From Nitrososphaerota archaeon (GTDB lineage: Archaea > Thermoproteota > Nitrososphaeria_A > Caldarchaeales > Caldarchaeaceae): a stretch of DNA of 64,000 bases. This document shows, piece by piece, positions 44,039 to 53,447 of the stretch (position 1 is its first letter; each line of letters begins with the position of its first letter). Under the pieces are notes generated by a model. The model made no database searches, was not told where the DNA came from, and saw nothing but the letters and a program-made list of their open reading frames with translations. The DNA is taken from positions 262,498 to 326,497 of the forward strand of contig JBEPYN010000001.1 of assembly GCA_041641305.1 (NCBI GenBank). Reading direction: 5' to 3'. Made by a program: the position numbers and the translations under genes.

Positions 44039-45408
44039 CAAACCACACCCTTCACAGTCTCCAAATAATCCCGGATGTCCTCGACGCTGTGAACCTCTGT
44101 CACACACGTCAACACACCGTCGCCCAGTTGCGGAAAATCATCCACAATCCTGATGCCCCCAACTATTCCGATGCTTAGAAGCCTCTTCAACAGCTCCTCA
44201 GATGAGTGTCCCTCTTTTCTGTAGGTGAACTCCATGTAATGTGGGGCATTTAGCAGCGGCGCCTTTACTCCATCCACCTTCTGGAAACATTCGATGAAGT
44301 AGGCCGTCTTCTCGAAGATGTGTCGAGCGAGTGATTGAAGTCCATGTTTGCCCAGAAGCGAGAGATAGGCTGCGGCTGTTATGGCGCAGAGAGCCTGGTT
44401 GGTGCAGATGTTTGAGGTGGCTTTTTCGCGTTTGATGTCTTGTTCTCTGGCCCTTAGCACCATCGTGAAAGCTCGCCTCCCATCCCCAAGTGTCTCAGCC
44501 ATACCCACCATCCTGCCAGGCATGCTGTGGATAAGCTTCCGGTCGCCGCTGCACCCCAATACCCCAAGCAGTGGGCCGCCAAAATTCATCGGAAGACCGA
44601 GCGGCTGACCCTCGCCGACGACGATGTCGGCTCCCATCGCTCCCGGCGGCCGCAGCAAACCGAGAGAAATCGGCTCTGCACCTACTACGAACAAGGCGTT
44701 TCTGTCGTGGGCAATTTCGCCTACCGCTTCAACATTCTCCACTAAGGCCCCGAGGTAGCACGGGTTCTCGACATAAACAGCAGAAGTCTCATCGTCAACC
44801 AACGTTTTCAACTCCTCCTCATCCACTTTTCCCGTCTCGTCGAATGATGCCTTAACGAGCTTGAGGCCCAACGGCTTAACATATGTCTCGGCCACACGTA
44901 TTCTCCCGGGGCCACAGTGGCCTGCGTAGACGATCTTGTCTCGGCCGTTGTATCGATATGCCATTCTGAAGGCCTCTCCCAAGGCTGTGGCCCAGTCATA
45001 CATGGAGGAGTTTACGACGTCCACTTCATAGAGGTCTGCGACAAGGCTCTGGAACTCGAACAAGGCTGTTAAAACACCCTGCGAAACCTCGGGCTGATAA
45101 GGGGTATAGCTTGTTACAAACTCGCTTCTTGAAGCAATCTCCTTCACAGCGGCTGGAACATGGTGTGGCCATACACCTCCTCCCAAGAAGAGACGGAGAC
45201 CCTGCCTATTTTTGGACAAAATGTTTTTGACATGTTTGATCAGCTCAGGTTCGGAGAACGGACCTTCAAGACTCGGCGGAGAACTGAGAATATAACGGGA
45301 TGGGATGTCTGCGTAGAGCTCCATTATGTCTTTGACACCTATCGCGTGAAGCATCTGACGCAGGTCTTCTTCCGTATGATGCCCGATGTAGGGAAAAACC
45401 TTATCCAT
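44038..45408 (-). CDS. gcvPA: glycine dehydrogenase (decarboxylating) subunit 1 (P protein, N-terminal half)
   Basis: 456 aa, 'MDKVFPYIGHHTEEDLRQMLHAIGV...' is a typical GcvPA N-terminus. Confidence 0.9.
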   Translation of the reverse strand: MDKVFPYIGHHTEEDLRQMLHAIGVKDIMELYADIPSRYILSSPPSLEGPFSEPELIKHVKNILSKNRQGLRLFLGGGVWPHHVPAAVKEIASRSEFVTSYTPYQPEVSQGVLTALFEFQSLVADLYEVDVVNSSMYDWATALGEAFRMAYRYNGRDKIVYAGHCGPGRIRVAETYVKPLGLKLVKASFDETGKVDEEELKTLVDDETSAVYVENPCYLGALVENVEAVGEIAHDRNALFVVGAEPISLGLLRPPGAMGADIVVGEGQPLGLPMNFGGPLLGVLGCSGDRKLIHSMPGRMVGMAETLGDGRRAFTMVLRAREQDIKREKATSNICTNQALCAITAAAYLSLLGKHGLQSLARHIFEKTAYFIECFQKVDGVKAPLLNAPHYMEFTYRKEGHSSEELLKRLLSIGIVGGIRIVDDFPQLGDGVLTCVTEVHSVEDIRDYLETVKGVV

Positions 45409-45479
45409 TCCAAGCCCATAACAGTATAGGCTGCTACTTATACCGATACCGTTTAAAACAAGCCCGTGGAATCAACTCC

Positions 45480-46160
45480 GTGAATCTCCGCTATCCTCTG
45501 ATCGTCCTCAACTTTAAGACATACAGGGAGTCTATCGGAAGAAAAGCTCTCGAGCTCGCCAAAACGGCTGAGAAAGCCGCTGAACAGACGGGTGTATCCG
45601 TAGCTGTGTGCCCATCTATGGTTGATCTTGCGATGGTTGCATCAAGTGTCTCCATACCTGTTTTTGCTCAGCACTGCGACCCCTACACCCCGGGAGCCTA
45701 CACGGGCTCGGTTGTGGCAGAGGCGTTGAAGGAATCGGGGGCCGCCGGCTCTCTCCTCAACCATTCTGAGAAAAAGCTGAGGCTAAGCGATTTATCGGAA
45801 TCTGTGAAACGGCTCAAAAGCAACGGCCTGATTTCTATTGTCTGTGCTGACGATCCATCGGCTGCGACAGCCGCTGCTGCTCTTGGCCCGGACGTGTTGG
45901 CGGTGGAGCCTCCTGAGCTGATTGGGACAGGGATATCGGTTTCGACAGCCAGGCCCGAAGTGGTTACGGAGACTGTTTCTCGTGTGAAGTTCCTTGCATC
46001 GGGTGTCAGAGTGCTGTGCGGAGCCGGCGTATCGACTGCCGAAGATGTTTCAAGGGCCCTTCAGCTGGGCACCGACGGAGTGTTGTTATCCAGCGCATAT
46101 GTCAAGGCACGCGACCCGTTGGCCCTTCTCGTCAAGATGTGTGAAGCCGCACTCCGCTAA
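45480..46160 (+). CDS. tpiA: triosephosphate isomerase (archaeal short form)
   Basis: 226 aa with 'LNFKTY', the 'NHSEKKL' catalytic His region and 'VEPPELIGTG' Glu loop. Confidence 0.85.
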   Translation: MNLRYPLIVLNFKTYRESIGRKALELAKTAEKAAEQTGVSVAVCPSMVDLAMVASSVSIPVFAQHCDPYTPGAYTGSVVAEALKESGAAGSLLNHSEKKLRLSDLSESVKRLKSNGLISIVCADDPSAATAAAALGPDVLAVEPPELIGTGISVSTARPEVVTETVSRVKFLASGVRVLCGAGVSTAEDVSRALQLGTDGVLLSSAYVKARDPLALLVKMCEAALR

Positions 46161-46540
46161 ACAATCATCAGCTTCATTCTCCTACCTTCTCCGTCGAGAA
46201 CATGGATGTCACTTTCGTTGCGATAAGGAGATGTTACGATAACCATCAGCTCACCCATCATGTTGTTTAGGTCTTCAACGGAGGGGTGCGGGGCTCCTGA
46301 TGGGTGGGAATGAGCCACTCCGAGGAAAGATTCGTCAATGGGTAGCAGGTAGGGGTTGAATGAGGAGAAGCTTTCGCCATATGTTGACTGGGGTGGAAAA
46401 GAAACTTCCTCGACAAGGTAACCGGTCTTGTCTCTGCGGCCATGGAGAAGAACTATCATCTCCCTGGGGTGGATGTTGCGGGATATTTCTAGAAGAAGCG
46501 CCGCGACCTCCCTGCGCATATGGACAATTTCTCGAGCCAT
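46157..46540 (-). CDS. minimal JAMM/MPN metalloprotease-like protein
   Basis: 'GVAHSHPSGAPHPSVEDL' JAMM motif in a ~125-aa protein. Start placed at the Met 4 nt downstream of the phoU stop. Confidence 0.6.
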   Translation of the reverse strand: MAREIVHMRREVAALLLEISRNIHPREMIVLLHGRRDKTGYLVEEVSFPPQSTYGESFSSFNPYLLPIDESFLGVAHSHPSGAPHPSVEDLNNMMGELMVIVTSPYRNESDIHVLDGEGRRMKLMIV

Positions 46541-46544
46541 GTAT

Positions 46545-47177
46545 CTATTTTCTAGGCCTATGCTGCCCCTCCAGTATGTAAGCAACAGCTTCACCTATGT
46601 AGGTGGCGTGGTCCGCGATTCTCTCAAGATACCTGAGAATGAGCATGGTAGCCATGTCGCATTTCTTTGATCCTGGATTGCTCAGACTTCGTTGGAGATG
46701 ATTCTTGTAGGCTTTGTCGACAATCGAGTCAAGTTTCTCAAGCTCTGCGGCGAGCTCAAGGTTCTTCTCCACGAAGCTTTTTACGCTCTTCTCTATCATG
46801 GTTTTGACTACTTCAGCTGTTTCGAGTACCTCGGTTTTCTCACATTCATGAAGTTCTCCAAATGTGGTTATAACCTGTGATATGTCGTAGGCGTATCTGC
46901 CGAAACGTGAGAACCCATAGGCGACCTCCATGCATGAGCGAAGAAAACGTAGGTCAGTCGCCACAGGCTGGTAACGTGCTATCAGCTCAACGGCGAGGTC
47001 CGACACCTCGTCCTGAAGCCAGCGAAGCTTCTCCGAAAGCTGGAAAACTTCATCCTCGTTAGGTGTGCCTTTGATGAACCCTTCCACAGCGGCTTCCACA
47101 GCGGTCCGGCTGAGAGAAGCCATGTCGTTGAGCATGTTGACGAGCCTCTCCAAACCCAAATCCATCAGACGCGGCAA
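46545..47177 (-). CDS. phoU: phosphate transport system regulator PhoU
   Basis: Two PhoU repeats ('RIADHATYIGE', 'DSIVDKAYKNH'). Last gene of the pst operon. Confidence 0.8.
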   Translation of the reverse strand: MPRLMDLGLERLVNMLNDMASLSRTAVEAAVEGFIKGTPNEDEVFQLSEKLRWLQDEVSDLAVELIARYQPVATDLRFLRSCMEVAYGFSRFGRYAYDISQVITTFGELHECEKTEVLETAEVVKTMIEKSVKSFVEKNLELAAELEKLDSIVDKAYKNHLQRSLSNPGSKKCDMATMLILRYLERIADHATYIGEAVAYILEGQHRPRK

Positions 47178-47184
47178 ACCATCC

Positions 47185-48015
47185 TCAACCTATTCTTCCA
47201 GAGATGTAGTCCTCGGTCCTCTTGTCACGTGGGTTGGTGAAAATCTCCTTAGTCGGCCCAAACTCGATAAGTCTGCCTATCATGTTCTCATCAGGCATCA
47301 TAACGGCTGTGTAGTCGGAGACGCGTGCGGCCTGCTGCATGTTGTGGGTGACTATGATTATGGTGTAGTCCTGTGAAATGTTGCGCAGAAGCTGCTCAAT
47401 CTTCGCTGTTGATATTGGGTCGAGGGAGACGGTTGGCTCGTCGAGGAGGATTACGTCTGGGTCTACTGCGAGCGCTCTCGCGATGCAGAGCCTCTGTTGC
47501 TGTCCTCCCGAGAGCGAGAAAGCCTGTGCATCGAGCCTATCTTTCACCTCTTCCCATAGAGCCGCTTTCTCGAGAGCGTCCTTAACTTTCTCGTAAAGCT
47601 GCTGCTTGGACAGCTTCACTCCGTTAACACGTAGGCCGAAAGCGACGTTATCAAAAATCGACATAGGGAATGGGTTGGGCCTCTGGAAAACCATCCCAAT
47701 AGCTGTCCTCACCGCAACTGGGTCGACATCCTTCGAGTAAATGTCTACACCCCTGTAGAAGACCTTGCCCTCCACCTTTGCATCAGGTATTAGGTCATTC
47801 ATTCTGTTGATGCATCTGAGAAGGGTTGATTTTCCGCATCCCGAGGGCCCTATGATGGCTGTTATCCGTGACCGCTCAAACTTGAGGTCGATATCCTTTA
47901 TGGCGTATTTTCGACCATAGACCACTGCTAGGCCGACCGTTTCAACAACAACTTTCCCATCCTGTGACAAATCCATAGATTCTCTCTCCGCCAATAATTT
48001 TTTCAGCATCGTCAT
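47185..48015 (-). CDS. pstB: phosphate ABC transporter ATP-binding protein
   Basis: Walker A 'GPSGCGKST', signature 'LSGGQQQR' and Walker B 'ILLDEP'. Confidence 0.9.
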   Translation of the reverse strand: MTMLKKLLAERESMDLSQDGKVVVETVGLAVVYGRKYAIKDIDLKFERSRITAIIGPSGCGKSTLLRCINRMNDLIPDAKVEGKVFYRGVDIYSKDVDPVAVRTAIGMVFQRPNPFPMSIFDNVAFGLRVNGVKLSKQQLYEKVKDALEKAALWEEVKDRLDAQAFSLSGGQQQRLCIARALAVDPDVILLDEPTVSLDPISTAKIEQLLRNISQDYTIIIVTHNMQQAARVSDYTAVMMPDENMIGRLIEFGPTKEIFTNPRDKRTEDYISGRIG

Positions 48016-48909
48016 TTAAAGCATCACCCTCCTTTGGTAACGATACCTAATAGCTATTGCAGCGGCGTTCAGCATCATCAGCAAAGCAAGTAGAACAATT
48101 ATCGCTGCAGAGGATAGTTCTTGAAACGCGGGCTGAGGCCTGCTCACCCAGTTGAATATCTGGAGAGGCATCACCGTAAACCTGTCGAAAATGGATGTGG
48201 GGTCGGTGCGTATAAACAGGAGACCGCTTATGACAAGTATTGGCGCTGCTTCCCCGATTGCGCGGGAAATCGCCAGTATAGCGCCCGTCATCATCATGGG
48301 AAGAGCCCTCGGAAGAATTATGTAACGCGTTACCTGTAGCTTGGTTGCTCCGAGAGCGTAGGCCCCTTGTTTCAACGCCTCAGGCACGGACTTGAATGCC
48401 TCGGCAGCTGAAACGGTTACTAGAGGAAGGGTCATTATACCGAGTGTGAATGCACCAGCTATTATTGAGCGGCCGAGACCCAGACCATAGGTGAGGATGC
48501 TCAGCCCAACAAGGCCGAAGATAATTGAGGGAACTCCCGCGAGATTGGCCATGTTGAATTCGAGAAACCTTCTGAGCCGCCGGTGGGTAGACCACTCGGT
48601 GAAGTACAGGGCCGAGGCTATTCCCAGCGGTATACTGACCAGCGCCGACAACCCAACTGTCCAAAAGCTTCCGAGAAAAGCTGAGCGCATTCCAGCTGTC
48701 TGCGGGTTAGCTGAAGGATATGAGAAAATCAGGCTCCATGAAAGCCGATCCCAACCCGTTGTAATCACGGTGAAGAGGAGAGCAGTGACCGCGGCGACGC
48801 CTATAAAGACGCCGAGAGAAAGCAGAACGGGTGTCAGGCGGTCGAGGACCTGTTTGGCCCTGTCTCTTCTCTTAAATGTGTTGACCTGGCCTAGTATCGT
48901 ATCTGCCAC
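48016..48909 (-). CDS. pstA: phosphate ABC transporter permease PstA
   Basis: Polytopic membrane protein with an 'EAA'-like loop. Follows pstC. Confidence 0.85.
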   Translation of the reverse strand: MADTILGQVNTFKRRDRAKQVLDRLTPVLLSLGVFIGVAAVTALLFTVITTGWDRLSWSLIFSYPSANPQTAGMRSAFLGSFWTVGLSALVSIPLGIASALYFTEWSTHRRLRRFLEFNMANLAGVPSIIFGLVGLSILTYGLGLGRSIIAGAFTLGIMTLPLVTVSAAEAFKSVPEALKQGAYALGATKLQVTRYIILPRALPMMMTGAILAISRAIGEAAPILVISGLLFIRTDPTSIFDRFTVMPLQIFNWVSRPQPAFQELSSAAIIVLLALLMMLNAAAIAIRYRYQRRVML

Positions 48910-49817
48910 CTCCTCACAATCGCTAACGCCACAAGGTTGAAGGCCATGGTGATAATGAAGAGGAGAATCCCTACGGCGAATATTGATTGGTATTCTATGG
49001 TTCCGTGTGGAGCGTCACCGGTGGCCACCTGCGCGATGAAACTCGTCATGGTCTGCATGGCTTCGCGTGGGTCGAAGCTGTAGAAGGGTCTAAAACCTCC
49101 AGCTATAGCCGCTATCATAGTCTCACCCATAGCACGTGTGAAAGCAAGTATGATGGCTGCTAGAATTCCTGACAAAGCGGCTGGTACGATCACCCTGAAA
49201 ACTACGTCGATTTTTCTGGCCCCTAGGCTGTATGCTGCTAGCCTGAAATCCTCAGGCACCGCATACAATGCATCCTCGCTCAGAGAGGCGACTATGGGGA
49301 TTATGAGGACACCTATCATGAGCCCGACCGCTAAAGCGCTGAAAACACCTGTACCCGGTATAAACTTCATCAACAGGTTAGGTGATACGAAGTATAGCGC
49401 GAAATAACCATAAACCACTGTGGGTATGCCGGCGAGGAGCTCAATGACATTTTTTATCGGGCCCCGTATACTTGGCCTGGCGTATTCGCTGAGGTAAATC
49501 GCTGTCGCGAGACCCGCTGGAATCGCAACTAGCAACGCTATGGCTGATGTGATGGCCGTGGCTGTTAGAAGAGGAAGAACGCCGAACTTCTTCTCGCTGA
49601 AGAGAACTGTCCATTCGGTGCCCGTCAAAAACTCAACTGGGGAAACTTGGCCAAAAAATATCGATGACTCCAGCAACAATGAACCCAGTATAACCATTAT
49701 CGCGATGAAAGAGACCGATGACGCGGCCAGAAACAGGATGTTTACAAGTTTTGTGGCACGCTGCCTTCTCCGAAGGTTATCCAAAAAATTTTTGTCGAGA
49801 AAAATATTGTGGGACAT
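48891..49817 (-). CDS. pstC: phosphate ABC transporter permease PstC
   Basis: Polytopic membrane protein. Follows pstS. Confidence 0.85.
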   Translation of the reverse strand: MSHNIFLDKNFLDNLRRRQRATKLVNILFLAASSVSFIAIMVILGSLLLESSIFFGQVSPVEFLTGTEWTVLFSEKKFGVLPLLTATAITSAIALLVAIPAGLATAIYLSEYARPSIRGPIKNVIELLAGIPTVVYGYFALYFVSPNLLMKFIPGTGVFSALAVGLMIGVLIIPIVASLSEDALYAVPEDFRLAAYSLGARKIDVVFRVIVPAALSGILAAIILAFTRAMGETMIAAIAGGFRPFYSFDPREAMQTMTSFIAQVATGDAPHGTIEYQSIFAVGILLFIITMAFNLVALAIVRRWQIRY

Positions 49818-49828
49818 TTTCTCCCCAT

Positions 49829-50929
49829 TTAATGTGGTCCTGCGTTCTTGTTCTTTAAGGTTGTCAGCTCAAAGAGTCCATCTGTTATGCCTGCTTTCAA
49901 TAGTGCCGCTGCTTTTTTGTAGTAGTGGTCTGGAAACGGTGTATAGGCTACTTTATGCGCGAGCCTAGCCCCGTTTTCGACATAGTAGATTACGAATTCT
50001 CTTAGATGCGGCTTGGTTTCCCATGATTTCTTGTTGACGTAGATGAATAATGGTCTGGATAGCGGATATGTAAACGTGCTCGCGGTTTCATCGCTTGGTT
50101 CAACGCATTCTCCGCCTACTTTGTCGTCTTTCACTTTCAGAACCTTAATTCTGTCTTTGGCCTCTGCGAAGTATGCGAAGCCGAAGTATCCCAGGGAGAG
50201 CGGGTCTGACTCCACACCTGCTACAAGGACGTTGTCATCCTCCGATGCCACGTAATCTGTTCGGCTGGCCTTGGATTTTCCAACCACTCTTTCGGTGAAG
50301 TAGTCGAATGTTCCGCTGTCCGGGCCCGCGCCGTAGAGTTTGATAGGCTGGTTTGGCCATTCTGGTCTGATGTCGCTCCAAAGTTTGACGGTGCTGTCGG
50401 GTTTCCAGATTTCCCTAAGCTCAGATATGGTTATGCAGTCAACCCAGTTGTTCGAGGGATGTACTACGACAACGAGGGCGTCGATAGCCACAGGTACCTC
50501 AATCCACTCTATCCCATTTTTGGCTGCTGTGTCGGCCTCTGCAACCAGTATTGGCCGGGAGGCGTCGTTGATGTCTGTTTCACCGATGACAAACCGTTTA
50601 AAGCCGCCGCCTGTGCCCGATATGCCGACGCTGATAGTTACTCCGCTGTGCAGGTTCATGAACTCTTCAGCGGCGGCCTCGGTTAGCGGGTAAACGGTGC
50701 TCGAGCCGTCGACCTCTATGTCTCCCTTAAGCTGTTGCTGAAGAACTGTCCCAGTCAATGTTGTTGTCACTGTTATTGTCTCGGTTTTTGTCACCGTTCT
50801 CCCCTCGCCTGTTGCTCCACCTCCGAACAAAGTAGGACCAGTCACGATGCCGGCAAACAATCCTATTACCAGAGCCGCAACAATTCCTCCCACGAAAGAT
50901 GCTGAGACACCTTTTTTCCAGTTTTTCAT
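49829..50929 (-). CDS. pstS: phosphate ABC transporter substrate-binding protein PstS with N-terminal anchor and Thr-rich linker
   Basis: N-terminal TM helix plus a 'TVTKTETITVTTTLTGT' linker, then a PBP type II pattern ('SGTGGG'). Confidence 0.8.
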   Translation of the reverse strand: MKNWKKGVSASFVGGIVAALVIGLFAGIVTGPTLFGGGATGEGRTVTKTETITVTTTLTGTVLQQQLKGDIEVDGSSTVYPLTEAAAEEFMNLHSGVTISVGISGTGGGFKRFVIGETDINDASRPILVAEADTAAKNGIEWIEVPVAIDALVVVVHPSNNWVDCITISELREIWKPDSTVKLWSDIRPEWPNQPIKLYGAGPDSGTFDYFTERVVGKSKASRTDYVASEDDNVLVAGVESDPLSLGYFGFAYFAEAKDRIKVLKVKDDKVGGECVEPSDETASTFTYPLSRPLFIYVNKKSWETKPHLREFVIYYVENGARLAHKVAYTPFPDHYYKKAAALLKAGITDGLFELTTLKNKNAGPH

Positions 50930-50992
50930 GGCGGTCGAGGGGGTGTTACCCCACGATATATAGATTGGCGGGCTGGAATATTTTCCTGAAAT

Positions 50993-52030
50993 ATGTCTAT
51001 ATATCGGCCAAAACTGGACAAAAACATGGAGACAGAATACACAAGACGCGTCCAGAAAACAGGCCGCTCCACATTTATAATATCTCTCCCGAAAGATTGG
51101 GTTGAGAAGAATGGGCTCAAGAAGCTTGATACTGTGAGGGTTGTTACGCTGCCGTCTGGGCTGCTCATAACCACAGATACTCAGGAACAGGGCCGTGAAA
51201 CTGTTATTAGGCTCAAGGGCGGTGAGACACCTGACGAGGTTGTGCGACTCTTCTTCTCAAAATATCTCGACGGCTGCGACAAAATACGGGTAGAGCTTGC
51301 CGGCTACTCACCGCAGACAATTTCGGTTTTGAAGGATAGGATAAGGCGGTGGCTTGTGGGTGTGGAGATAGTCGGTGAAACAGCGACGGAGCTCACGGCA
51401 CAGGTTCTGCCTGTGAGTGACAAGCTGCCTCTACGTACATCGCTGGAGAGAATGGGCGAAATCGCTTCTCACATGCTTGAGGAGGCTATGACAGCATTCT
51501 TCAGAAACGACAAAGCCCTCGCAGAAGATGTTGTGAGCCGGGATGACGAGGTTGACAGGTTTTACCACTTTATCACTAGACAGCTCAACATAGTTGTGCG
51601 GGACTATGCTAAGTTGAGAAACGTCAACCTCTCCGACCCAAGCGACTGCATAAACTATGTTCTCGTCGCCAAGAACATAGAGAGGGCCGCTGACCACGCC
51701 GTCACGATAAGCAACAGAACCCTCGCCACAACCAACAACACAAAACCAGACCAACGCATAATCAAGATAAACTCCAAGGTTGTGGAGATCTTCAAAGCCT
51801 CTCTAAACTCATTCCTCTATCCAAGCATCGAGCTTGCAAACAAGACGCTCTCCCAGATAGCTGAGATATCGTCGGAGATGAACACTTACATTAGTTCGCA
51901 GAAGAGGAATCTGGATTTGGAGAGGAGGCTTTCGGAGCTTGTCGTGATAAACAGCGTGCGGAGGGTGGCTGAATACGCTGCCGACATCTGTGAAGCAGCC
52001 ATCAACCTAGCAACAAAGTATTCAGAGTAG
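50993..52030 (+). CDS. PhoU-like phosphate uptake regulator with N-terminal AbrB/SpoVT-type DNA-binding domain
   Basis: N-terminus 'RRVQKTGRSTFIISLPKDWVEKNGLKK' is a swapped-hairpin AbrB-like domain, followed by two PhoU repeats ('NIERAADHAV', 'RRVAEYAADI'). Alternative start at the ATG at 51026. Divergent from pstS. Confidence 0.7.
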   Translation: MSIYRPKLDKNMETEYTRRVQKTGRSTFIISLPKDWVEKNGLKKLDTVRVVTLPSGLLITTDTQEQGRETVIRLKGGETPDEVVRLFFSKYLDGCDKIRVELAGYSPQTISVLKDRIRRWLVGVEIVGETATELTAQVLPVSDKLPLRTSLERMGEIASHMLEEAMTAFFRNDKALAEDVVSRDDEVDRFYHFITRQLNIVVRDYAKLRNVNLSDPSDCINYVLVAKNIERAADHAVTISNRTLATTNNTKPDQRIIKINSKVVEIFKASLNSFLYPSIELANKTLSQIAEISSEMNTYISSQKRNLDLERRLSELVVINSVRRVAEYAADICEAAINLATKYSE

Positions 52031-52315
52031 AGTGTTCATTTTCTGGGCTAGTGCAAGGTCGTATGTGCTGATGCCGCCGAGGTCGTGGGTGACGAGCCAA
52101 ATCTCCAGCCTGTTGTAGACGTTGAACCACTCCGGGTGATGCTGCATCTTCTCAGCCTCAATAGCCACCTTGACCATAAACCCTATGCATTCGACAAAGT
52201 CTCTGAACTCGATTTTACGGTAGAGCTTTCCATCCCTTAGGCTCCAGCCCTCGAGAGTTTTCAGGGCTTTAGCTAACTCCTCCTCTGTCAACAAACGGTA
52301 CTCGTCAATGGCCAT
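52022..52315 (-). CDS. pterin-4a-carbinolamine dehydratase
   Basis: 97 aa with '[EK]...HHPEW.NVYNRLEIWLVTHD', the PCD family signature. Confidence 0.8.
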   Translation of the reverse strand: MAIDEYRLLTEEELAKALKTLEGWSLRDGKLYRKIEFRDFVECIGFMVKVAIEAEKMQHHPEWFNVYNRLEIWLVTHDLGGISTYDLALAQKMNTLL

Positions 52316-52364
52316 GCATGTGTTTAGATTTGATGGGATTTATCCTGATGGTTTATACACGCCG

Positions 52365-53447
52365 TTATTGTATAAGGCCTGCTCGGAGGACGTGGTCTGC
52401 GAGTACGAAGGCTACGACTGCTTCGACGACGGGAACAGCTCTTGGTACAACGGTTGGGTCATGTCGTCCCGGCACCACTATCTCGGTCTCCCTTCTCTCA
52501 AGCATGTCTACGGTTCTCTGGGGCCTAGCTATTGAGGAGGCGGGTTTAAACGCCACTCTCGTGACAAGCGGTGCTCCAGTTGATAAGCCGCCGAGTATTC
52601 CGCCCGAGTTGTTGGACGCCGTTGTTATTTTTCCGTCTACGAGTATGAAGGGGTCGTTGTTCTCGCTTCCCCGTAACCGTGTCGCTTCAAACCCTCGGCC
52701 AAATTCTACGCCCTTCACCGCCGGTATGGAGAAGAGAGCTTTGGAGAGGTCTGAGTCAAGACTGTCGAAAACCGGCTCCCCGAGGCCGATGGGCAGGTTG
52801 AGGGCTATGCATTCTACGATTCCGCCTACGCTGTCACCTTGTTTCCGAGCCTCTAAAATCACGTGCTTCATTTTCTCCGCGGCCTCGAAATCCGGGCACC
52901 GCACCTCGTTGGCGTACCTATTTTTCCTGATCTCGTCGACGGATAGTTGACGAGACCTCACTCCGCCTATTTCAAGCGAGTAGGCGAGAACCTCGACCCC
53001 GAGCTTGCTCAACAATTTTTTCGCAACAGCCCCCGCCATCACATATCCCGCCGTGACGCGTCCAGAAAACCTTCCACCACCCCTGTAGTCGTTGAACCCT
53101 CTATACTTGATGTATGCGGGGTAGTCGGCGTGTCCAGGCCGAGGCGTTTTGCGGATCATCTCATAGGGCCGTGAGTCAACATCCTTGTTCCAGACAAGCA
53201 TCAATATGGGTGCGCCTGTTGTCCTGCCTTGGAAGACGCCTGACAAGATTTCTACACGATCCTCCTCCGTGCGGGTTGTTGTCACCAGCGACTGCCCCGG
53301 CTTTCTGCGGTCAAGCTCGACCTGTATATCGGCTTCCGACAGCTCTATGCCTGGTGGACAGCCGTCCACCAGCGCACCCACACATCTACCGTGACTTTCC
53401 CCGAAGCTGGCGACGACAAACCTCTCTCCGATGATGTTTCCCGTCAT
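52365..53447 (-). CDS. aroC: chorismate synthase
   Basis: 'GERFVVASFGESHG' N-terminus and 'RPGHAD' motif; 360 aa. Confidence 0.9.
   Translation of the reverse strand: MTGNIIGERFVVASFGESHGRCVGALVDGCPPGIELSEADIQVELDRRKPGQSLVTTTRTEEDRVEILSGVFQGRTTGAPILMLVWNKDVDSRPYEMIRKTPRPGHADYPAYIKYRGFNDYRGGGRFSGRVTAGYVMAGAVAKKLLSKLGVEVLAYSLEIGGVRSRQLSVDEIRKNRYANEVRCPDFEAAEKMKHVILEARKQGDSVGGIVECIALNLPIGLGEPVFDSLDSDLSKALFSIPAVKGVEFGRGFEATRLRGSENNDPFILVDGKITTASNNSGGILGGLSTGAPLVTRVAFKPASSIARPQRTVDMLERRETEIVVPGRHDPTVVPRAVPVVEAVVAFVLADHVLRAGLIQ

Noticed and set aside
52318-52950. 210-aa plus-strand ORF antisense to chorismate synthase
   Set aside because: It overlaps aroC completely and has a Ser/Thr/Pro-rich low-complexity translation. 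Spurious.
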